Source: Mytilus californianus (taxonomy: Eukaryota). Taken from it: 64,000 bases of DNA. Where the stretch lies: assembly GCF_021869535.1 (NCBI RefSeq), contig NW_026262593.1:23498001-23562000 (forward strand). Direction: 5' to 3'. Positions 1 through 10,200 of the stretch are shown here, in pieces (position 1 is the stretch's first letter; each line of letters starts with the position of its first letter). A program made the translations under genes and the position numbers. The notes beneath the pieces were generated by a model. It searched no databases, had not been told where the DNA came from, and was given only the letters and a program-made list of their open reading frames with translations.

Positions 1-1
1 C

Positions 2-91
2 CGTAAATTTTATGGACACCATCACGAATTGGTTAATCTATACAATATGTCTGTGTCTAAACTAACTAAGGTCATTTTTACCACGTCTTAG
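2..91 (+). pseudogene. C-terminal end of Penelope-like element (PLE) reverse transcriptase ORF, cut by window edge
   Basis: Reads RKFYGHHHELVNLYNMSVSKLTKVIFTTS*, matching the KKFYGRHH.LV..Y..SVS.M terminus of PLE RTs whose ORF ends in RT (Naiad-like). Confidence 0.7.
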
Positions 92-539
92 ATTGTGGTT
101 TACCATTTACGTCGTCTGGTCTTTTAGGTACCGAACATGATCTATTCCCGAATATGACTGTTTTGCCGAGTGTGAATTCGCATTGCTATAAGACGTGTCA
201 CGGTATTTGTTTATCCAACATTCATGTATTTAGTTATGATGTTGTATTTGTTATTCTGATTGGATATTGTTAAATGGCTTATCGTTTGTAGTTGTAATTC
301 TTTTTTTTTTATTTTCTTTTCGCATGTAAAAGTAAAGATAATTAATCACCCAGTTCATTTATAAGATTTTAGTTTAAAGCAACTATATGTACACGATTTA
401 TTTGTTTTACAGTTTGATTTAGAAGAAATACCGACACAATTCTATATTACTATTCTTGTAATTGTTATAAAATTCATCAAATGACATAGTAACAAATTTG
501 ATCTTGAACTGTATCAAATTTTCAGAAATTTACCTGTGA

Positions 540-1060
540 CGTTACTTTTGTGGCGTTGATTCAGTCGTGTGAAAGACAGTTCGTGGTTCTGTTGTGCTGT
601 TTTTGTGTGCTGTCCTATGTTGTTTTACGTGTTCGTTTTTATTCTGTGGTTAACATGTCGAAATGTTCTAATGTATTGTTTATTTGTGTATTTCTCTGTC
701 CTGAATGTTCTTGCATTTATTTGTACTGTATTCCTGTCATGTAATGTTGTCATTTTAGTGTTATATTTAACATTGCCATAAAAGCACGAGGTTTGGCTAG
801 CCACAAAACCAGGTTCAACCCACCATTTTTTCTTAAAATGTCCTGTACCAAGTCAGGAAAATGGCAGTTGTTATCTTATAGTTCGTTTCTGTGTGTGTTG
901 CATTGTCATTTGTTTTTTGTTCACTTCAGTGTTTTTGTTGTTTCGTTGTTTTCCTCTTATAGTTGATGTGTTTCCCTCGGTTTTAGTTTGTCACCCGGAT
1001 TTGTTGTCTCTGAATCGATTTATGACTTTCGAACAGCGGTATACAACTGTTGCCTTTATT
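540..1060 (+). mobile_element. PLE-derived 3' UTR repeat, subfamily R4
   Basis: 680-1060 aligns with 54960-55352; contains the twister motif; ends CTGTTGCCTTTATTT. Confidence 0.75.
774..866 (+). ncRNA. Type-P5 twister ribozyme-like motif (R4; P2 disrupted)
   Basis: P5 UGCCAU/AUGGCA; GA-GGU pairs with L4 UACCAAGU; P3 CAUUUU/AAAAUG; P4 CCUG/CAGG; P2 3' strand mutated. Confidence 0.65.
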
Positions 1061-1119
1061 TGCTACAGTTCTATTTTGAATATAATTATTTAGATTTGAT
1101 ATATGATGTTCAGTTTGAC

Positions 1120-1530
1120 AAACAATGTGGGAGAAGGAATTGTTTATGTCGTAAAGCTGCCAATACTACAAATGTAGCAGTTCTTTCACCAGCTCCTTTA
1201 CAAAACAAAGTTATACTATCTACGTAAAACTGAGAACTCAGTTTATGTATTAACATTTATAAACACGTGTGGCATTCAGTACTTGGGAGAAACAATGGAC
1301 AAATTTTATATTCGGCTAAATAACCATCGATCATGGTACAAAACCAACAAAAATTGTCCCCTCATCAGACATCTTTGCTCAAAGAAACATCATTTTGATA
1401 ATGTTACTTTTCAAATCATAGAAGTGAACACTGTGGGACACCACGGCGAGAAGGAGAAGAGAAAACTTTTGGATCCACCAGCTCCATACTTTAGAACCTG
1501 ATGGTCTAAATGAAAAAGACGAGAAAAGAT
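1120..1530 (+). pseudogene. GIY-YIG endonuclease remnant of a Penelope-like element
   Basis: CGRRNCLC...SVYVLTFINTCGIQYLGETMDKFYIRLNNHRS...HL..H...IIE, then frameshifted WIHQLHTLEPDGLNE: typical PLE endonuclease motifs, broken by indels. Confidence 0.8.
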
Positions 1531-2070
1531 ACAGGAAAGATAAAAAATAATTTATTATGTAGCATCATCCTTAACATCTCTGTAATATTGGCCAATGGAC
1601 GTTGCAAACTTAACTTACTTTAACAATAAAAAATCTTGAACTTCATTCAAATTTTGAATTTATTTATAAGCAGCAAACATTTACTGTACAATCAGGTGTA
1701 AATGTTTCTTACATATAATTGATATTTTCCCTTACACATGTATATTTTGCTTTTTACGAGTGCGTATTTGTGTGTGCACACTATTTCACAAGCAAACGTT
1801 GAGATGTTACAAGTACAGCAATAATTAAGTGAAAGAAACCAATATTTTGATTAAAGTGTTGTGACATTGGTACTGATCTGAGACGTATAGCAAGACAGTT
1901 GACATGTTTTTCATTGATGTTATTCGGATTTGAAATAGACATTTGTAAAATAAATTATAAACTGTATTTTCTATTTGAAAAACACTTTGGAATGAAGGCA
2001 TTTGAGAAACTCTATGCAAATTTTGTCATGGAAGAAGACATTTGAAAACTCTATATAAACTACTACAGTG

Positions 2071-2275
2071 ACTGTAAATTCAGAAATTATTGCGTGCATT
2101 TATTATTGCGATTTTGTCATTTTAGACTAAAATGCGATTTTAATCTTTGCGATATTGAGAAAATTCCTGTTTAATTCATATAAAAAATTTCAAAATGCGA
2201 AATTAAATTATTGCAATTATAAGCCTGTCGTATTTTTCGCAATAATAAAAACATCGCAATAATTTCAGAATTTAC
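2071..2275. mobile_element. MITE (ACTGTAAA...TTTAC family)
   Basis: Inverted termini actgtaaattcagaaattattgcg / cgcaataatttcagaatttac. A second MITE half ending tttacagta follows at 2280-2442. Confidence 0.7.
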
Positions 2276-2699
2276 GCTTATTTTCGCGGATTCTTTATTT
2301 TTATTGAAATTTAATTTTACGATTTTCAAATTTACTTGATGTAGTTAATTAAGGAAAGATTCAAGTCTTACATATTCGCGACAATTTAAATCCGCGTTAT
2401 TTTTCTACTCGCGAAAGTCGTGAAAATTAGTTGGTTTACAGTATGTCCCGTCGATTTTAGACTGCAACTCCTCAGTATGAGGATATAAAGACTATGCATG
2501 TTTATTCTCAGTGGATTCCCGCGATGTTAAAATCGGTAAACAACTGTTGCTTCTTTATTGTTCAAAAGGAAAAATTTCTCTCATGTGCTAGAGGGAACCA
2601 TGTTCATTTATGAACCGGACAACTGAATCGTTACCGCTTGATACATTTTACATCTCATAGATAAACACAAAGATAACTAACTAAAAGTTAGATCATCAG

Positions 2700-2960
2700 C
2701 TCAGTATGCGGTGCTTTGGTTATGACATGTTTTATAATATACTTTTGCAATTAAATTATATTCCTCCGTTGATAAATTGAGCAATTATTGAAAACTAAAT
2801 AGGATTCCGAATTCTTCAGGCAAATTTGACCTTATTTGGTATTTGTAGGCCCTTTTGATCTTATAGCTCTTCACGTGTTAGTGTAGTTTAATTATATGGG
2901 TATAACGGTTCCCGATGAAGGTAAATTCAGATAAGCGCTTCGTTCAAAACATTATAAAGT
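2700..2960 (+). mobile_element. Degenerate retrozyme-like element with hammerhead-like motif at 2905-2945
   Basis: cccgatgaaggtaaattcagataagcgcttcg, homologous to 19821-19870 and 7668-7722(-). Confidence 0.5.
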
Positions 2961-3401
2961 GTTATTTTCATACAAATTTGTTTTGAACAATCACAAAGTT
3001 CGACCGTATAAGCATCAGGCAATTGTACATGGTCGTTCAGTATTGCTTAACAATTGTCCAAGAAAAAAAGCTGACTATGCGGTGACGGTTTTGTTCATTG
3101 TTGAATACCGTACAATGACCTATAGTTGTTAACTTTTATATATAGATATAAGAAGATGTGGTATGAGTGCCAATGAGACAACTCTCCATCCGAGTCACAA
3201 TTTGTAAAAGTAAACCATTATATGTCAAAGTACGGCCTTCAACACGGAGCCTTGGCTCACACCGAACAGCAAGCTATAAAGGGACCCCAAAATGACTAGT
3301 ATAAAACCATTCAAACAGGAAAGCCAACGGTCTAATCTATATAAAGAACGAGAAACGAGAAACACTTATGAACCACATCAACAAACGACAACCACTGAAC
3401 A

Positions 3402-3483
3402 TCAGATTCCTGACTTAGGACAGGTGCAAACAAATGCAGCGGTTTTAAACGTTTTAATAGGTGCCAACCTTCACCCTACCTGA
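3402..3483 (-). ncRNA. Type-P5 twister-like motif (R1; one P2 mismatch)
   Basis: RC: caggtagGGU-GA-AGG...UAA-AAC-CGC-ugca..ugca-CCUG-UCCUAAGU-CAGG-A-aucuga. Confidence 0.7.
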
Positions 3484-3838
3484 AACAATAGTGTAACATC
3501 ACAACATAGAAAGACACACTATAATATATCAATTGAAATGGCTTAACTCAATCAAAAGACATATGAACAAAAACAAGTGAACATGCACTGAACGAATAAA
3601 TTTGATCTATGGCACAATGTAAATACAAAATTAATAAAACAAGGGGGTTAGATATAAATCAGTATCAGAAAGACAACCATAACCTTGGACAAAATGCCGC
3701 CAAATAAAACAAAGTACACAGTTAAATAAAATAATTTTGTTGTAAGGTATACATGGAGTACAGAAATAATTTTGTTTTCCTTGAACAAGAACAAAAGTGA
3801 AAATGTATCGTCATACTAAACACTCATCAAAGGTGGTA

Positions 3839-4030
3839 CCGTATAGCGGGTTATTTTCGCGGGGTGTAAATTTTCGCGGATAGAACAAAATCGCCAAAAT
3901 AAATTCCGCCAATTTAAAAGTGCACATGCAATGGTATTGATAAAAGATTTGAATCCGCCAAAATATTTTGTATACCTTATTCAATGAAAATCGCGAAATT
4001 TTACACCCGCGAAAATAACCCGCTATACGG
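3839..4030. mobile_element. 192-bp Tc1/mariner-type MITE with TA target duplication
   Basis: About 39-bp TIRs ccgtatagcgggttattttcgcg.../...cgcgaaaataacccgctatacgg, flanked by TA on both sides; empty site (aggtggta-tatatt) at about 59300. Confidence 0.9.
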
Positions 4031-5602
4031 TATGTAATTATAAATAGTGAGACTAGATATAACACTGAATAAGTAAACATCAAATAATAAAAATACACTA
4101 CAAATTGTATCAACAGGTCAAATTAACACGAAAGTACGATTTGAGAGTACTTGCAGTTACTGAAAGCTAGTTAAAAGCCAAAAACAATTAATAATAAAAA
4201 AAGCATGCACCAGAGACTAAAATCAACTAAAACACATCCCAGGGATTTAGTGTTTTAACGCCATGGACTGTCAAAGAAGACATGACTTGCGCAATGCCAA
4301 AATAAAAGTATCGACAGGCAGTAGGATAGTTTGGAGTTAACCTGTTTATAAATATGTATAATGTAATATATAGATAGAGTAATCTCTATATAGAAAATGA
4401 ACGTGGATGTGTATTTATACATCCCAAAAAACCGTTTGAAAAGAATACAAATTTAGTTATGTTTTAATTTGCTGATGACAAAATCGATATTTGCGCCAAT
4501 GTAAACTATATTCAAAGATCTAATTACAACATTGGTAAGATAATTCTATGTCATTTGGTCTCTGGTGGAGAGTTGTCTCATTGGCAATTACACCACATCT
4601 CCTTATTTTTATATACAACAGTGATTTCGTGTATCCCGTCAGATAGTAAAGGCTGAGGCTTTGCTTGATGAATGTGTAACTTTAATAGTTTTGTTACAAA
4701 GATGATTTTGAGAACGCTTGTAAAATATTGAAGGGAAATTGTTTACTTGTATATTAGGCTATACAATAATCCTCGCTTGCTCATTTTGGAGCCATAATCA
4801 TTTCCACATGTATACAATTAGACAATTAACTGAAACAACAATGTTTTCTTTTTTAAACATTTCAAGAAAAATCAATAGTTTGTCAGTTCTAGAGTTGTGT
4901 GTTACTGCCTTTTACTATTAGCAAGAGGTACAATAGTATATAGAAAATAACAGTGCCGAGCATTGTCTGCGTTTCGTGCCGAATCCTTATATCGTGTATA
5001 TGTCAAGTCAATACACTATTGTTGTCTTTATACTGCAATCTTAAAGAATGTTATACCCATTGTGTGTTCTCATTTTGCTTTTAAAAATATGTTTAAAACT
5101 GCTGTCATAAGGATCACCCTAGAAATGTTTTGGCGGAGTAAAATTGTTATGTTTCAAAATGTGAAAGCATGCAGTTCATGCTGTCGGTTGAACGAGTGCG
5201 GCAGATGTCAGAATAGAACAATTAGAAATGAATATCAGAAATTATACTTATTAACCTTATCAAATAAAAAGATCAATTAAGAACAAAAGATTTTGTATAA
5301 TTTGTATGGGATAAATGAGTAGTAATGAGTTTATGTCGGTGACAGCCTCGCGTAAGTGTATTCATTTCATTACGAATTTAAAATTGATATGCGTGGTTAT
5401 CACATGAAAATATAGTTTACATTGGCACTAATATCGATTTTGTCATCAGCAAATTAAAACATAACTAAATTTGTATTTTTTTCAAGTGGGATGTATAAAG
5501 ACACACCCACGTTCGTTTAGATCTATAAAGAGGTTAAACTCCTAACTATCCTACTGTCTGTCGATACATTTATTTTGGCATTGCACTAGTCGTGTCTTCT
5601 TT

Positions 5603-5660
5603 GACTGTCCATGACGTTAAAATACTAAATCCCTGGGATGTGTTTTAGTTGATTTTAGTC
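5603..5660 (+). promoter_or_regulatory. SECIS-like element (form 2)
   Basis: AUGAC / 10-bp helix GUUAAAAUAC:GUGUUUUAGU / unpaired AAA / mini-stem AUCCC-GGAU / UGAU; helix I GACUG:UAGUC. Confidence 0.7.
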
Positions 5661-5877
5661 TCTGATGCATGATTTTTTATTATTAATTGTTTTGGCTTTT
5701 AACTAGCTGTCAGTAACTGCGAGTACTCTCAAATCGTACTTTCTTGTTTATTTGACCTGTTGATACTAATTGTATTGCTTTTTGTTATTTAATGTTATTC
5801 AGGGTTATATCTGGTCTATATACCAGCTTTTATAAGTGTTTGGTTTAACTATAAATTTTCACTTCGTACTATGAACA

Positions 5878-6310
5878 TCAAAATTATTTATTTTGTAATA
5901 ATATTTCCTTTCTCTATTGGTACTGTACACATATACCTGACAACAAAATTATTTTCATTTACCTGTGTTTAAAGTTATTGCAAATGGATGGTATTTTTGT
6001 TCCGAGCATATTGTTTTTCTGTAATTGTTTAACATTTCTTACCGATATAACATGTTACTTTTATTATTCTTCCCTTAGTTTATGTATTTTGTATTCAAAA
6101 TTATTTATTTTGTAAAAATATTTCCTTTCTCTATTGGTACTGTACAGGTATACCTAACAACAAAATTATTTTCATTTACCTGTGTTTAAAGTTATTGCAA
6201 ATGGATGGTATTTTTGTTCGAGCATATTGTTTTTCTTTAATTGTTTAACATTTCTTACCGATATAACATGTTACTTTTATTATTCTTCCCTTAGTTTATT
6301 TATTTTGTAT
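5878..6310. repeat. Tandem duplication, 2 x about 218 bp
   Basis: Units start at 5878 and 6096 (caaaattatttattttgt...) and are nearly identical. Confidence 0.9.
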
Positions 6311-6445
6311 TTACATTGTGTCATAGGTCAAATTTATTTGTTCAGTGTATGTTCAATGTTGTTAATATGTCCTTTGATTGAATTAAGCTATTTCAGTTGA
6401 TATTTTATAGTGTGTCTTTCTATGTTGTGATGTTACACTATTGTT

Positions 6446-6529
6446 TCAGAAAAAGGGTGAAGGTTTGGTACCATTAAAACGTTTAAACCCGCTGCATTTG
6501 TTTGCACCTGTCCTAAGTCAGGAATCTGA
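6446..6529 (+). ncRNA. Type-P5 twister ribozyme (R1; apparently intact, predicted cleavage U6484^A6485)
   Basis: UCAGA..GGU-GA-AGG-[P1]-UAA-ACC-CGC-UGCA(6)UGCA-CCUG-UCCUAAGU-CAGG-A-aUCUGA; all core pairings satisfied. Confidence 0.85.
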
Positions 6530-7049
6530 TGTTCAGTAGTTGTCGTTTGTTGATGTGGTTCATAAGTGTTTCTCGTTTCTCGTTTTTTATATAGATTAGA
6601 CCGTTGGTTTTCCCGTTTGAATGGTTTTACACTAGTAATTTTTTGGGGCCCTTTATAGCTTACTGTTCGGTGTGAGCCAAGGCTCCGTGTTGAAGACCGT
6701 ACTGTGACCTATAATGGTTTATTTTTATAAATTTTTACTTGGATGGAGAGTTGTCTCATTGGCACTCATACCACATCTTCTTATATCTATCAACACATTT
6801 TGACTACGCAAATAGAACGATTGCAGTATAAATTTAAATATATATCTGGAGTACATAATCAATTTAAAAGATTGACTGAATCTCGCTTTTCTAGTTATAA
6901 AGACGACACACTTGGGTACCTGAACGCCGCAATTCAGAGTATACGTAGCGAATAAACTATTCCATGAATTTATCCAACAATAGTTCATCTTATCAAAACA
7001 CTTCTTTTTACGTTATCTGTCTTGTTGCTCTCTATCCCCTGCTGTTAAT

Positions 7050-7365
7050 GATCTTATATTATTATACTTCATGTACATGTCAAAATGCCAGATTTTGATT
7101 AGTTAATACGATGTAGATAATTTACTCTATCCCATGGCAAATACTCTAAGACGTCATAGTTTATTACTTTAAATTTGAAATTTACCAGACAGTAATAACA
7201 GAACATTCAATATAATATATTAAATAACCCATAGCTGAGAGGGTGATAGAGCAGATTTTTACCCCTCGAAAAGACATTGTCAACCTTGGCTTCGCCTCGG
7301 TTGACAATGTTTCTCTGGGTAACAATCTGCTCTATCACCCTCTCAGCGATGTGTTATTTATATAG
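7050..7365. mobile_element. Non-autonomous element with a long hairpin (7221-7360)
   Basis: ctgagagggtgatagagcagatt...cattgtcaacc-ttggcttcgcctc-ggttgacaatg...aatctgctctatcaccctctcag; upstream GACGTCAT. Confidence 0.7.
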
Positions 7366-7667
7366 TATTTCACCTTATCAACTCACTTGCTTTTCACGTT
7401 ACGTGTATCTGTCTTACCTGTCTTGTTGCTCTCTATCCCCTGCTATTAATTTATCCAATAGTAGTTCATCTTTAAAAAATAAACAGTTGCTTTTTGAATG
7501 TCACCTGTATTTTTGCTCTCCATCGCCTGCTGTAAACACCGTATAAGACGTCAGGACCTTTTAACATCCCCGTTGTAGTGTTACATTTAGCACTGGGGTA
7601 ATATCTTCAGCGTTTGATTTTATATCTTTAGCAATAAATATCATAAATGAAAATATCACTTGATAAA

Positions 7668-7722
7668 TGTCGTGCGTCCGAAGCGCTTTTCTGGATTAGC
7701 CTTTACCAGGAACGCCCAAGTC
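7668..7722 (-). ncRNA. Degenerate hammerhead-like motif
   Basis: RC gggcgttcctggtaaaggctaatccagaaaagcgcttcggacgcac; core CUGAUGA mutated. Confidence 0.4.
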
Positions 7723-9199
7723 TAACCCTTTTAAAAGTCATGTATGTAGTATATAATGATATAATTACGTGGAAACTTTAAGAGCTATATTACCAAAGGG
7801 AGCTCAACAGAAAAGGCAAATTCATCTAAGGTCCACTTAGCCTGGGGCAAATGACAATAGTATAGTCAAAGTGTTCGTAAGTCTTATATTAGAAAAACAG
7901 AAAACTTACCTCACAAGACATGAAACAATACGCCACTTTGTGCTCACTGTTTTCTGTCTTTGTTTTATCTATGTTGTGCTTGTTGGAATATGAGAGAAAT
8001 AAGAAATTACTGGACATTAATCTAAAAGCTCCATTTAAATACACGAAGGAAAAAGTGGGATTTTAAAATGCAAAAAAGGATTTTTTAGCAGTTTTCACAG
8101 TTAAGAATTTTGACAGGAAAACGGATAAAAAACAGAAAAATATACAATCTTTTTTTTTCAATTTAAAAACTTCCAATATGTTTAAAGAAACAAATTAAAA
8201 ATAAATTTGAGATTAATGTTATAACGAGACAGAAGAAGTCTCGTCATTCTCCTTTTCTTTAAAATTTGTTATAAATTTATCAAAAATAATTACCAAGAAT
8301 TTAAAAAAAAAAACATCAAACTATTTGAATAACAAAAGAAAAAAACAGAATTAGGACAAAATAACACTGATAAGGTACTTGAATAAGATCAGTCACGTAC
8401 ATATATTATCACATGTTTTAATACTTGTTTTTTTTTAAATACACGACCCTCAATGTTTTCTCCCTATTTGAAATAATAAAAAGTACAAACATTTTCAAGA
8501 ACACACAATAAAGATAAGTTCAGAAAATATGGATTTTTCGGCAGTATTTTCTGGTGTCTAAATGTATCCATATGACAAACTACTTTAAACATGATTGATT
8601 ACGGCTGATTCTAAAATAACCGAAAATTCCAGCTTCAACGCAAGTAAGTAAATAAATGACAATAGCGTCTCCCACTTATATTTTGTAAAAGTCACTCATA
8701 CATTTTCAATGATTATTGACTAGTTTGATTCTGGTAATATTTGTTGATTAATTTTAATGATCGCTCACAAACCATTATAATAGCAGTTAAGAAACGGAGA
8801 TATTATTAATGTGGCCACTATGATAATATTTGTATCTCAATTGACATATTGCCAAATATATACAATAAAATTGTTAGAGAATACTACGATAAAACTATAT
8901 AAACTGACGTTTTATAGTAACGTATGGTCTATACTATTTTCAAATTCGGTTAGAAAATGATACAATGGAATAAAAATTGGGGTTTCTTTCAAATAGGTTT
9001 GATAAGTTAAGGCTGGGATATTATCACTAATGCTTTTTAAAAGAATCAATTTCTTATTTTGGGCGTATAAGCATACAGAATTTAGGATCATTCCATTGAA
9101 CAAACAGAAAGACAAAACAAATTTTATAATGATGAAAGGACAATTATCTACTAATGAAACAAGGAGAATATACCGAAGGGGGCAACCACGCACACAAGT

Positions 9200-9310
9200 A
9201 CAAAGGTTGGGCACCATGCAAACCTCACCAAAAACTAGGGTGAACTCAGGTGCTCTAGAAGGGTCGGTACGTACTGTTCCGCTAGTGACACCTGCCGTGT
9301 TTAAATATGT
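9200..9310 (-). mobile_element. Fragment of repeat R5 (PLE 3' UTR family)
   Basis: gggtgaactcaggtgctctagaaggg...ctagtgacacctgccgtgtt; related fragments at 43560-43700, 44040-44120, 50100-50370, 54840-54895 and 57230-57400. Confidence 0.65.
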
Positions 9311-9959
9311 TGATGAATCTTTTAGACGATTACGCGTACATTGATATCGGACGCTTCAGTTTGTAGCAAATTGATTAACACAATATGGTTTACTTTGTAT
9401 GCTGTTAGGTAAGGTAAGGTAAGGTACCGGATAACAACATTGAATATTACAACTTCTAATGTTACATATAAGAAAATGGAACCATACACTCAAATGTGTA
9501 TCTTCACTTACATGTATTTCCCATGATCACGTGTTTGGCAAAACAGCGTCACTAGTCCTTCACCTTTCATCTGATATCTTAATTACTAAAATATATGCTA
9601 CATAGTTTTAGATTTACATCTGTGTGTACGAGCTATTTTGTTTTAAATATGTATACTACTTTCCAGTATGTTCTTTTTTGACCGGGCCCGATCGGGTGGT
9701 GTTACACCTTACAAAGTCTATCCAATTTTTATTATTTTTGCAAAGAATTCCGGTCAAGCCGGTGCTAGGGGCCGTCTTAAACTTGCAGAGAGGTGAGAGT
9801 TTTTTTTTTGGCTCCGTGTTGAAGGCCTTACTGTGACTTTGAGATGAACAACAGCAATAAAAGCGCTGTTCCTTTGCTTTTTGTGTGTTTTTGCTGTGCA
9901 TGTACTGATTTTGTGTCATGGATGGATGCCCCATTTCCTTTGTTTCTCTATTGAATTAT

Positions 9960-10200
9960 ATTAACGGTACCAATTTTAATGCACAAGCTAGCAATTTTGA
10001 CAATTAAATTAAATGTCTCTTAAGTAATGCTGGAAGATTAAATATATGAAAATCCAAACCCTTAAAAATAGGCTGAAAAGCTGATAAAGTCAAAAAGTAT
10101 TGCCAAATTCTCGCAAAGACTAAGAGCTTTGCACGAGGGGGATAAATCCTTAATTTAAAATGAATTCCACAATTTAAATAAAATAAATTTCAATAAACCA
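9960..10200 (-). mobile_element. Degenerate hammerhead retrozyme copy
   Basis: RC cttaaga-gac...gtc-aaaa is a decayed CUGAAGA-GAC..GUC-GAAA; the remainder is homologous to 54190-54330. Confidence 0.55.

Larger units (their letters stand above)
3144..4545 (-). mobile_element. PLE 3' UTR/pseudo-LTR, subfamily R1 (left arm of inverted pair 1)
   Basis: Reverse complement of 5410-6790; colinear with 58605-61085; contains twister and a degenerate SECIS. Confidence 0.8.
5410..6790 (+). mobile_element. PLE 3' UTR/pseudo-LTR, subfamily R1 (right arm of inverted pair 1)
   Basis: Inverted copy of 3144-4511; order SECIS, 218-bp duplication, twister, terminus CATACCACATCTTCTTATATCTAT. Confidence 0.8.

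Noticed and set aside
140-200. Possible SECIS after the RT tail (AUGAC-UGUUUUG...UAAGACG-UGUC)
   Set aside because: 3' GA and apical adenosines are missing; only a generic hairpin.
6446-6529. HDV-like ribozyme interpretation of the CCUG-N8-CAGG motif
   Set aside because: No P1.1 or C75 arrangement; the twister fold explains all conserved bases and covariation.
3144-6790. Foldback DNA transposon with 1.3-kb TIRs
   Set aside because: No TSD seen; the arms are PLE 3' UTRs (SECIS-like, twister, and a linked RT at 61330-61640).
7905-7925. Possible minus-strand first exon ATG TCT TGT GAG|gtaagt
   Set aside because: No downstream partner exon found; could be chance.
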